Source: Candidatus Desantisbacteria bacterium
GTDB taxonomy: Bacteria > JACRDZ01
Length of the DNA stretch: 13,075 bases
Assembly (NCBI GenBank): GCA_016209155.1
Contig: JACQWU010000157.1
Coordinates: 1 to 13,075, forward strand
Direction of reading: 5' to 3'
Every line of letters starts with the position of its first letter. The first letter of the stretch is position 1. The notes beneath the pieces are model-generated. The model was not told the origin of the DNA and ran no database searches. It saw nothing but the letters and a program-made list of their open reading frames with translations. Shown here one piece after another: positions 1-7,419 of the stretch. The position numbers and the translations under genes were made by a program.

Positions 1-23
1 TCTAACAAATCAACAAAAAATTC

Positions 24-73
24 TTGACAATTTATAATTACCCTTCAATAATATAACTTTAACTTGATATAAT
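24..73 (+). promoter_or_regulatory. Candidate sigma70-type promoters for the target-1 operon: TTGACA (24-29), 17-nt spacer, AATAAT (47-52); plus a perfect extended -10 TGaTATAAT (65-73)
   Basis: Consensus-like hexamers read directly. They lie 5' of a strong SD (AGGAGAAGGAGG, 88-99) and of the first ORFs. No transcript data. Confidence 0.35.
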
Positions 74-111
74 ATATTTTATTGAACAGGAGAAGGAGGT
101 TGGACAAGATA

Positions 112-219
112 ATGACTCGTAATGAAGTAATAGAACACTTAAAAAAATTCAAAGAAGAAAACAAAGATAAATATCACCATTCCAAAATATTTAAGGATAA
201 CTTATGGACTGGGCAATAA
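112..219 (+). CDS. Hypothetical 35-aa upstream small ORF (MTRNEVIEHLKKFKEENKDKYHHSKIFKDNLWTGQ). Overlaps the start of the large target gene in another frame.
   Basis: ATG at 112, preceded by a strong Shine-Dalgarno at 88-99. The TAA at 217-219 overlaps ATG 204 of the big ORF (ATGgactgggcaaTAA), an arrangement compatible with translational coupling. No homology recognised. Confidence 0.22.
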   Translation: MTRNEVIEHLKKFKEENKDKYHHSKIFKDNLWTGQ

Positions 220-3200
220 TAAATAAAATTCAAATTAAATTACAAGAACATAAAGATTCTCGTGTAAAAGAACTTCCACAGGGGGATATTAATGTTTTAG
301 TTATGAGCAACCTTTTAGCCCCGCATATTAATGCCAGTGAATTTGATATTCGGTTCATTGCTTCGGGTGCTTCCGGTGCCGGAGTTCTTTTAATAGTCAC
401 CGATGAAAAAGTTCCAATTATTATCAAATATGGGAAAAAAGAAATTGTTGATAGGGAAAAAGAAAATTATACTCTGAAAGTAAAAGAGTTTATTCAATCT
501 GAAATTATCCCAACCTTGAAAGATAGCTACATGACACTTGGTGAATATGCATCCATAGCATATATCTGGGGCGGCGGGTGGAATGAAGCCGGGAAATTTC
601 GTGATTACTTTAAGCATGAGGAATCCAGCAAAAAAATAAATGAACAAATCAGTTCTTTAATGGACGGGCTTTTTAAATGGTACAGACTTAAAAGAGGAAC
701 AATGATTCCTATTGACCAGTGGCAATGGAATCCCTCCAATGCTCTTGTCTCTGTTGAAAACAAAATCAAAGCCTGGGACAGCAATGATGGTGCTAAGAAA
801 AATTTAATTGCAGCAATTAGAAATCAGGAAAAATGGAGAAACGCAATAAGGATTGCAAACTTCAGCCAGGGTTTTTGTCATGGTGATTTGAACTGTAATA
901 ATATTATAATTTCTCAGAATAGTATTCCATTTCCAAAAATAATTGATTTTGCAAGTGTACGTGAAGGAATTACCCCTGCCAAGGACTGGGCAAAGTTTGA
1001 AAGGGAAATTAAATTCAGGTTTCTGCGGGATATCACATTGGATTCAACTGCATTTAGAAAAATGGTTAAACGAGTTGACGAAGTCTGTAATTCATTGAAT
1101 ACAACTGATGTTGATAACTCTATAAAAAAGCCATGCTATTTAATAACTTTTATAAGAAAAAAGTATTCGGAAAAAGTCAGTTCATTTTCTGATGCCCCAT
1201 ATCTTGAATATCTCTTTTATCTTTTCTATATAACACTATCATATATTATCCACCCGGAAATAAAAGATGATCTGGAAATACAAAACACAGTAATTGATTC
1301 TGCATACAGGACATTAGAAGAGATTGAAAAGTTATTCCCATACAAATATAAAAATTATACTTATCCCGGAATTTTGATTACAGAAGAAGAACCTTCTCCT
1401 AAAACTTATAAAAAAGATATTATTGATTTGCCAATAAAATTAGAAATTCCTGATAGTTATCAAAAATGGGTGGTTGATCGTTGTGAGGAAATCAATATAG
1501 AAAAATTAGTGGAAAGCAAAGACAGCGAAATTCTTTTAAGTGTAAAAATGCCGCAGATTTTTGTTCCTTTATATACCAATTCACTGGAAAACAAAACCAA
1601 TGAAGAAAAAGAGATCGAGCGTCATGAAATAGAAAAAAAACAGGAGTTGGTTAATATTGAAAAATTATCGGCGGAGAATGAATATTTAGTTATAAAAGGG
1701 CAGGCGGGTTCAGGTAAGACCACTTTATTAAAACATCTGGCTTATACTATAGCTAAAAAAATAAATCCGGATGGATTAAATGATTACCTGCCAGTACTAA
1801 TATTTTTAAATGATTTAAAGAAGGTTTCCAATTTGTCTGATAATAACATTGCCGGTACACCAAAAGCTGAAGAATTATTAACCGGTTACTTTGAAAAAAA
1901 CTGTCCCTCTCTGACTCTGGATATAATAAAAAGATTTTGCCGTGAAGGTAAAGCTATTTTTATATTTGACGGGCTGGATGAAATTAATACGGAAATAAGA
2001 AAAATCGTAGTTACTTCTTTTTCTGATTTTAGAACAAATAATAATTATCCAAAAATAGTATTGGCAGGAAGGCCGCACGGTATAGACACAAATGATAATA
2101 ATGTCTTATGTAAATTCCCCAATAAGTGCATTGAGATTAATACTTTAAATAATGAACAGATTAAAGATTTTGTAAAAAAATGGTTTTTATACGATTCTAA
2201 ACTGCAAAAAGAAGGCAAAACACCTGAGGGGATGATGTGTGAAATTACAGCTCATGAACGAGTTAAGGAACTGGTTATCAATCCACTGATGCTGACTGCT
2301 GTTTGTATTTTGTATCATTATGACCGAAAACTTCCGGAGCAGCGTGTTGAGTTGTATGAAAGGTTTATAAGCAATCTGATTTTTAAGAGATTTGATAATC
2401 CGCTAAAAATAGTAGAATTTTTAATGAGACTGGCTTTCAAAGTTCATACTGAAAAAACGAAAGAAGGAAGAGAGAGAGAAAGAAAATTTGATAACGCATT
2501 AGCCATCAAAGTAATGGAAGAAGTTTATCAGAAAGAAAAAGATGAAACCGATGTTGCATACAGGCAGAGGCTTGAGAGGCAATTTAAGAATATTGAACAA
2601 AATTGCGGACTGCTTGAAGTCAGCAATGATAAACAGTACAGGTTCTGGCATTTAAGTTTTCAGGAGTTTTTAAGTGCAAGGGATATTCAATCCCGGAATA
2701 TGAATTATGACAGGGCAATTGAAGAGTACTGGGATGATGACTGGTATGATGAAGTCATTAAGCTGCTTATAGGATATCTGGCTTTTAGCAGTAACAAGAA
2801 ATGGGCAAATACTATTGTTGAAAGCGAATTAAAAAATAAAGAAAATAATGTTTTCCCATTCAGGCGGATGTTGTTAGCCGCAGATGCGCTTAATGATATT
2901 CATAAAGATATGAGAGATAATAAGGTGCTTAAACTTGCTCAGGATTGTTTAAAGGATATTTGGGGAAAAGGGAATGATCCGAAAATATGGGTAAATGCGG
3001 GTGAAACCCTGGGCTGGTTGGGGGATACCAGAAACCTTAAAGAATTTATTCCTATTGAAGGTGGTGAATATAACTTTAAAGATTTGGGTGTTAAAAATAT
3101 AAAACCATTTGAAATAAGCAAATATCCGGTAACCAATCAATGGTTTGAAAAATTTATTAAAGCAAATGGATATGAAAATATGAATTATTGGAGTGAAGAA

Positions 3201-3695
3201 GGTAAAAAGTGGCTGAATCAACTAAAAGCCAAATACCCTCTATATTGGCACGAACGAAAATGGAAATGCCCAAATGCTCCAGTGGTTGGAGTATGCTGGT
3301 ATGAAGCGAATGCTTTCTGCCGATGGTTAAAACAAGGTTATAGATTGCCCACTGAACAAGAATGGCAAGCAACTGCCGCTGGGCTAAAAAACAGAATATA
3401 TCCATGGGGAAATGAGTTGCAAGATAATAGCTGTAATACTTATGAAACTAAAATTGGAAGAATTTCACCTGTGGGAATTTTTGCTAAAGGTTGCACTCCT
3501 CTTGGTGTAGCTGATATGGCTGGTAATGTGTGGGAATGGACTGACAGTTGGTTTGATGAAAGTAAAAATAGCAAGGTGCTTCGCGGGGGTTCATGGAACC
3601 TCAATCAGGAGCTCGCCCGATGCGCTAACCGTTACAGGAGCAATCCGGTGAACCGTGACAACAATCTCGGTTTTCGTTGTGCCAGGACTTTGTAG
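204..3695 (+). CDS. DGR target protein 1. N-terminal protein-kinase-like (APH/ChoK-type) domain, NACHT STAND NTPase, C-terminal FGE-sulfatase (SUMF1) / C-type-lectin-fold domain bearing the variable repeat.
   Basis: ATG 204 with AAGGA 6 nt upstream. Kinase motifs: G-rich loop GASGAGV, IIIKYG lysine, HGDLNCNNIII catalytic loop, IDF (DFG-like). NACHT: Walker A GQAGSGKTTLL, Walker B IFIFDGLDEI, GRPH sensor. C-terminus YRLPTEQEW...GNVWEWTDSW...RGGSW...GFRCARTL is a typical FGE-sulfatase fold. The last ~37 codons are the VR. Confidence 0.9.
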   Translation: MDWAIINKIQIKLQEHKDSRVKELPQGDINVLVMSNLLAPHINASEFDIRFIASGASGAGVLLIVTDEKVPIIIKYGKKEIVDREKENYTLKVKEFIQSEIIPTLKDSYMTLGEYASIAYIWGGGWNEAGKFRDYFKHEESSKKINEQISSLMDGLFKWYRLKRGTMIPIDQWQWNPSNALVSVENKIKAWDSNDGAKKNLIAAIRNQEKWRNAIRIANFSQGFCHGDLNCNNIIISQNSIPFPKIIDFASVREGITPAKDWAKFEREIKFRFLRDITLDSTAFRKMVKRVDEVCNSLNTTDVDNSIKKPCYLITFIRKKYSEKVSSFSDAPYLEYLFYLFYITLSYIIHPEIKDDLEIQNTVIDSAYRTLEEIEKLFPYKYKNYTYPGILITEEEPSPKTYKKDIIDLPIKLEIPDSYQKWVVDRCEEINIEKLVESKDSEILLSVKMPQIFVPLYTNSLENKTNEEKEIERHEIEKKQELVNIEKLSAENEYLVIKGQAGSGKTTLLKHLAYTIAKKINPDGLNDYLPVLIFLNDLKKVSNLSDNNIAGTPKAEELLTGYFEKNCPSLTLDIIKRFCREGKAIFIFDGLDEINTEIRKIVVTSFSDFRTNNNYPKIVLAGRPHGIDTNDNNVLCKFPNKCIEINTLNNEQIKDFVKKWFLYDSKLQKEGKTPEGMMCEITAHERVKELVINPLMLTAVCILYHYDRKLPEQRVELYERFISNLIFKRFDNPLKIVEFLMRLAFKVHTEKTKEGRERERKFDNALAIKVMEEVYQKEKDETDVAYRQRLERQFKNIEQNCGLLEVSNDKQYRFWHLSFQEFLSARDIQSRNMNYDRAIEEYWDDDWYDEVIKLLIGYLAFSSNKKWANTIVESELKNKENNVFPFRRMLLAADALNDIHKDMRDNKVLKLAQDCLKDIWGKGNDPKIWVNAGETLGWLGDTRNLKEFIPIEGGEYNFKDLGVKNIKPFEISKYPVTNQWFEKFIKANGYENMNYWSEEGKKWLNQLKAKYPLYWHERKWKCPNAPVVGVCWYEANAFCRWLKQGYRLPTEQEWQATAAGLKNRIYPWGNELQDNSCNTYETKIGRISPVGIFAKGCTPLGVADMAGNVWEWTDSWFDESKNSKVLRGGSWNLNQELARCANRYRSNPVNRDNNLGFRCARTL
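3575..3685 (+). repeat. DGR variable repeat VR1 (111 bp). Matches TR except for 9 substitutions, all at TR adenines.
   Basis: Aligned by eye to 5160-5270. Changes are AA>CT (x2), A>T, A>G, A>T, A>G, A>C. They map to first/second positions of TR AAC/AAT codons and to one GAG codon in the target frame. Confidence 0.92.
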
Positions 3696-3724
3696 CTCTT
3701 TGCACTTTTACGCTTTTACCCTTT

Positions 3725-3740
3725 ACCGCCGTTAGGCGGT
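3725..3740 (+). promoter_or_regulatory. GC hairpin ACCGCC-GTTA-GGCGGT, 40 nt downstream of VR1. Candidate DGR homing hairpin/cruciform; it may also terminate the target transcript.
   Basis: 6-bp GC stem with a 4-nt loop, located within the ~75-bp post-VR extension that is conserved after both VRs but absent after TR. Such a GC hairpin 3' of the VR is needed for efficient homing in the Bordetella phage BPP-1 DGR. Confidence 0.55.
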
Positions 3741-3766
3741 CGAAATTTTAAAAATTAGGAGATACA

Positions 3767-4114
3767 TTGCCTAAAGAAGTTGATGCTATTACAAAACTTT
3801 ATGATTTTATTCTTTGGATAATCCCGAAGCTGGAAAAATTTCCACGCAGTCAGAAATTTTTACTGGCGGACAGAATTGAAAATTTTTTACTCGATATTCT
3901 TGAACTTTTGATTGAAGCGTCTTATTCCAAAAATAAATCCAATCAACTCAAAAATGCAAATTTGAAACTTGAACAACTGCGTTATTTAATAAGATTATCC
4001 AAGGACCTTAAATTACTTGATTTAAAAAGTTATGAATTTTCTGCTCAGACAATTAATAATATTGGCATTTCTATTGGAGGTTGGTTAAAATATACAAATC
4101 ATGAAAACATATAA
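3767..4114 (+). CDS. avd: Accessory variability determinant (Avd), a four-helix-bundle DGR accessory protein
   Basis: 115 aa, TTG start at 3767 with AGGAG 5 nt upstream. Basic helical protein with KLYD...ELLIEASYSKNKSNQLKN, resembling BPP-1 Avd (KCYD...VAGKSNQVSKL). Sits between the VR and the RT, and its TAA overlaps the RT start (4101-4114). Confidence 0.85.
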   Translation: MPKEVDAITKLYDFILWIIPKLEKFPRSQKFLLADRIENFLLDILELLIEASYSKNKSNQLKNANLKLEQLRYLIRLSKDLKLLDLKSYEFSAQTINNIGISIGGWLKYTNHENI

Positions 4115-5213
4115 CAATCTATTTGATAAAATAATTTCATTTTCTAACCTTCTTCTCGCTTCCCAAAAAACGCAAAAAGGCAAGCGTTTTAAAGATGGAA
4201 TTGCTTTGTTTAATTTGAATCTGGAAAAGGAATTGATTAAACTGCAAAAAGAATTACAGGAAATGACTTATCATCATGGTGAATACCGTGATTTTTTTGT
4301 TTACGATCCAAAAAGACGGTTAATCAGCGCTGCTCCATACCGGGATCGAGTGGTTCATCATGCTCTTTGTAATATTATTGAACCAATTTTTAATAAAGCA
4401 TTTATTTATGATTCATATGCTAACCGGAAGGAAAAAGGTACTCATGCCGCAATTAATAGATATACTGAATTTGCCGGAAAAAATAAATATGTTTTGCAAT
4501 GTGATATACAAAAATATTTTCAAAGCGTTAACCATGAAATACTTCTGGAGATTATTTCAAAAAAGATTACATGCGTAAAAACACTCTGGCTTATTAGAGA
4601 AATCATCAATACACGATGCGATGAAAATTATTTCTTTTACTTTGAAAATGACGACCTTTTCAGCCCGTTTGAAAAAAAGAAAGGAATTCCTATAGGTAAT
4701 TTAACAAGCCAATTTTTTGCCAATGTTTATCTAAATGGTTTTGATCATTTCATAAAAGAAACGATTAAATGTCCATACATTCGCTATGTCGATGATTTTG
4801 TTGTATTCGGCAATGATAAAGAACAATTGCATGAAGTAAAAAATCAAATGGATATTTATCTTGCTTCATTACGTTTAAAACTTCACGAGAGAAAATGCAG
4901 AATATATCAAATCAAAGATGGACTTAACTTTCTTGGTTATAGAATATTTCCTGAGTATCGATTACTTAAGAAAGATAATATATTACGAATGAAAAGAAAG
5001 CTTAAAAAATTAAGCCATCAATATAAACATGGCTCAATTTCTCTTGATAAAATTCATCAAAGTATTCAAAGTTGGATAGGCCATGCTTCCCATGCCGATA
5101 CTTACAATTTAAGATCAAAGCTATTGGGAAGTGTAGCTTTTCAAAGGGGTGCGACCAGAGGTGCTTCGCGGGGGTTCATGGAACAACAATCAGGAGAACG
5201 CCCGATGCGCTAA
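4101..5213 (+). CDS. DGR-type reverse transcriptase. The last 18 codons are encoded by the template repeat.
   Basis: RT motifs: [11 protein letters not shown] (motif 1/2), [28 protein letters not shown] (the [I/L]GxxxSQ motif 4 characteristic of DGR RTs), [12 protein letters not shown] (YxDD). TR begins at 5160, inside the 3' end of the ORF. Confidence 0.92.
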   Translation: MKTYNNLFDKIISFSNLLLASQKTQKGKRFKDGIALFNLNLEKELIKLQKELQEMTYHHGEYRDFFVYDPKRRLISAAPYRDRVVHHALCNIIEPIFNKAFIYDSYANRKEKGTHAAINRYTEFAGKNKYVLQCDIQKYFQSVNHEILLEIISKKITCVKTLWLIREIINTRCDENYFFYFENDDLFSPFEKKKGIPIGNLTSQFFANVYLNGFDHFIKETIKCPYIRYVDDFVVFGNDKEQLHEVKNQMDIYLASLRLKLHERKCRIYQIKDGLNFLGYRIFPEYRLLKKDNILRMKRKLKKLSHQYKHGSISLDKIHQSIQSWIGHASHADTYNLRSKLLGSVAFQRGATRGASRGFMEQQSGERPMR

Positions 5214-5270
5214 CCGTAACAGGAACAATCCGGAGAACCGTAACAACAATATCGGTTTTCGTTGTGCCAG
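5160..5270 (+). repeat. DGR template repeat (TR), 111 bp. In the target reading frame it carries 12 AAC/AAT (Asn) codons.
   Basis: This copy has adenine at every position where VR1 or VR2 differs, and it sits next to the RT. Homology to the VRs begins at GGTGCTTCGC and ends at GTGCCAG; TR then continues TACTAAAAAAG whereas both VRs continue GACTTTGTAG. Confidence 0.92.
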
Positions 5271-5274
5271 TACT

Positions 5275-5448
5275 AAAAAAGTTTGTTTTTGCCGGAGCCT
5301 TATCTTTTAAGAAAAGATAGGGGTGTGCATTTACTTAAGTCCAGGTCGCAATCCTGTGTTGGCTTATTTTAGCCAACCAAAATAAAAATAGCTCTATCCG
5401 GGGTTAGTAGGGAGACTGAAAACTCCGGGAGAGTATAAAGGAGAAAAA
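5275..5448 (+). ncRNA. Candidate DGR RNA spacer: a structured non-coding segment 3' of TR
   Basis: No ORF. Several hairpins are visible: CTTATCTTTT-aag-AAAAGATAG (5298-5322), GTTGGCT-tatttt-AGCCAAC (5358-5377), and CCGG...CCGG (5398-5430). In BPP-1 the spacer 3' of TR provides the priming site for cDNA synthesis. The role here is inferred only. Confidence 0.3.
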
Positions 5449-7301
5449 TTGGGAAAATTTAAAATTAAAATTTTAAGTGATAATCCGGAAGAAATAAAAG
5501 AAAACATTAAGTTTGATTTTCATGCTTATAAAAAAACATTTGTTGATATCATATCCTCAAATGATAATGAAACTCCGCTTGTAATAGGGCTTGAAGGCAG
5601 ATGGGGGAGAGGTAAAACCACATAGATATAAAAAAATTATGGGATAAACTTAATCTTAAGGCAATACCTGAATTTTTAGTAGACTATATTCCTTTTTTAA
5701 AAGGTTTTTCAAATATAATAAAAGAAGAAGATTATAAAAAAAACCTGCCGTATTTTAACCTTTTCAGCACATTTTTAAAACAATTAATCAGGCTTTGGAT
5801 TCATTGTGAAGATTCATTTAAAATAACTGATGGAGAAAGCATTGGGGTTGGAGAAATAGATGATAAAAAAGGTGTTGTGGTAATTTTTATTGACGACCTT
5901 GACAGGTGTAATAAAGAAAATATTGTAAAAGTTCTAGAAGCTGTGAAACTTTTTCTTGATTTTAGAGGATGTATTTTCGTAATGGGGGTTTCTATAGAAA
6001 TTATAGTAAAGGCTACTTCTTCTGTGGCTCATTGTGAAGATGGAAGTGAATACCTTGAAAAGATGATTCAGGTATCATACGGACTTCCACCAATTCACCA
6101 GGATGATATGAAAATTTATTTCGAAGAAAAAATTTCCCTATTTTCCTATAATGATATCTTAAATAAATACTCAGACGTAATTATAAAATCATTTGGAGAT
6201 AGGATTACTCCAAGAAAAATTAAGCAGTTCATTAATAATCTAAACCTGCAAATTAAGATATCAGATAATAAGGGTTTATTTGAAAAAGATTTTTATGATG
6301 AAAATAATAATAAAATAATTTTAAAAATTGATCATTATATATACTGGAATATTCTGAAAGAAGCATTTAGAATAAATTTTGATAGTATTAAAGATAATAC
6401 AGATATTATAAAAATGACACAAACCGCATATAAAGAAAATGAAGCTCAAATAAAAAATAGTAATTTTGAAAATATTGATAAAATCCGATACGAAGTTGTT
6501 AAGGATATACTAAAAAATCAAATGTTACGGGAGATAGTTATAAATTTACCTGATAATGCTGAGATTATAAATATATTAAAATTTGAATCTTTAGCAGTTG
6601 GTCAAATACATATAGAAACAGAAGATATGAAGGGAATGCGTGAGCATTATCGTAGTGGGGCAATGGTAAAAATTGAAAAAGGTCCGTTTTTATATACAGA
6701 GGAAAAAATTAAAGAAAAAATAGATTACGATTATGAAATAGATATATTCCCTGTTACAATTGAAGAATATTGCAAATTTATAGATATTAAGAAGCCGGAT
6801 AAAAAGGAATTAGATAATTGGATTTCTTTAGAAGGTAGGATTAAAGAGAAAGATGGAAAATATATTGTGGAAAAATGTTACGAGAAACATCCTATTATTT
6901 ATGTATCATGGTATGGTGCTAAGGAATATGCAAAATGGATGAAAAAAAGACTGCCCGAAGAAAAAGAATGGGAGAAAGCGGCAAGGGGACCAAATGGTTG
7001 GATATATCCATGGGGTGATGAGTTTGATAAAGGAAAATGCAATACCTCTGAATCCAATAATAATGATACAACTGAGGTAGACAAATATCCGAATGGAAAA
7101 AGTTATTATGGATGCTATGATATGGCAGGTAATGTCTGGGAGTGGACGGACAGTTGGTATGATAAAAATATGGATAGCAAGGTGCTTCGCGGGGGTTCAT
7201 GGTACTACGATCAGGAGTACGCCCGATGCGCTGACCGTGACAGGTACCTTCCGGAGTACCGTAACCTCGATATCGGTTTTCGTTGTGCCAGGACTTTGTA
7301 G
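5449..7301 (+). pseudogene. DGR target 2: KAP-family P-loop NTPase fused to a C-terminal FGE-sulfatase/CLec VR domain. Interrupted by a TAG and a -1 frame change immediately after the Walker A motif. The intact downstream ORF is 5616/5877..7301.
   Basis: TTG 5449 with AAGGAG upstream. Frame 1 gives LGKFKIKILSDNPEE...PLVIGLEGRWGRGKTT*, i.e. KAP Walker A GxWGxGKT, with stop at 5623-5625. Frame 0 is open from 5616 and continues ...VVIFIDDLDRC, the KAP Walker B DDLDRC. The C-terminus (...YGCYDMAGNVWEWTDSWYD...GFRCARTL) is paralogous to target 1. Confidence 0.7.
7181..7291 (+). repeat. DGR variable repeat VR2 (111 bp): 14 substitutions relative to TR, all at TR adenines
   Basis: By-eye alignment. 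AAC>TAC (x5), AAT>GAT (x2), AAC>GAC (x2), AAT>CTT, AAC>CTC. The flanks are identical to TR. Confidence 0.92.
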
Positions 7302-7330
7302 CTCTTTGCACTTTTATTCTTTTACCCTTT

Positions 7331-7346
7331 ACCGCCGTAAGGCGGT
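7331..7346 (+). promoter_or_regulatory. GC hairpin ACCGCC-GTAA-GGCGGT downstream of VR2, a paralogue of the VR1 hairpin
   Basis: Same stem and same distance from the VR as at 3725-3740. The surrounding ~75 bp (7292-7360) is about 90% identical to 3686-3760. Confidence 0.55.
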
Positions 7347-7419
7347 AAAAATTTTAAAATTTTTGATTATTAACTGATTTGGGAAATATATTCCAATGAA
7401 CTTTTATTCTAACTTCAAA

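Larger units (their letters stand above)
204..7346 (+). mobile_element. Diversity-generating retroelement cassette: target1(VR1) - avd - RT(TR) - spacer - target2(VR2)
   Basis: Every canonical DGR component is present in one orientation, and the TR/VR mismatches are restricted to adenines. Confidence 0.9.

Noticed and set aside
230-647. Minus-strand ORFs 230..427 and 390..647
   Set aside because: Antisense to a strongly supported 1163-aa CDS. Low-complexity products (F/I/N-rich) typical of AT-rich antisense frames.
2466-2487. GA-rich low-complexity run GGAAGAGAGAGAGAAAGAAAA inside target 1
   Set aside because: It encodes EGRERERKF in frame in a charged linker. Too short to be a meaningful SSR locus, and no CRISPR-like regular repeat/spacer structure was seen anywhere in the window.
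1878-3405. Minus-strand ORFs 1878..2078, 2939..3136, 2949..3221 and 3157..3405
   Set aside because: All lie inside, and antisense to, the NACHT/FGE coding region. No RBS and no recognisable domains.
4360-4578. 72-aa plus-strand ORF inside the RT gene
   Set aside because: Alternative frame of the RT CDS; the RT frame carries all conserved RT motifs.
5072-5320. 82-aa ORF (…[23 protein letters not shown]…) and its look-alike at 7093..7377
   Set aside because: Both are out-of-frame readings through the TR and VR2 repeat; their similarity to each other comes from the repeat itself, not from a gene family. One overlaps the RT 3' end and the other the target-2 3' end.
3575-7291. Interpreting the three 111-bp copies as an IS terminal repeat or a plain gene duplication
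   Set aside because: Divergence is restricted to adenines of one copy, and an RT plus avd sit adjacent. Ordinary duplicates would accumulate substitutions at all four bases.
6899-7311. Minus-strand ORFs 6899..7084 and 6919..7311
   Set aside because: Antisense to the FGE/CLec domain of target 2 and to VR2.
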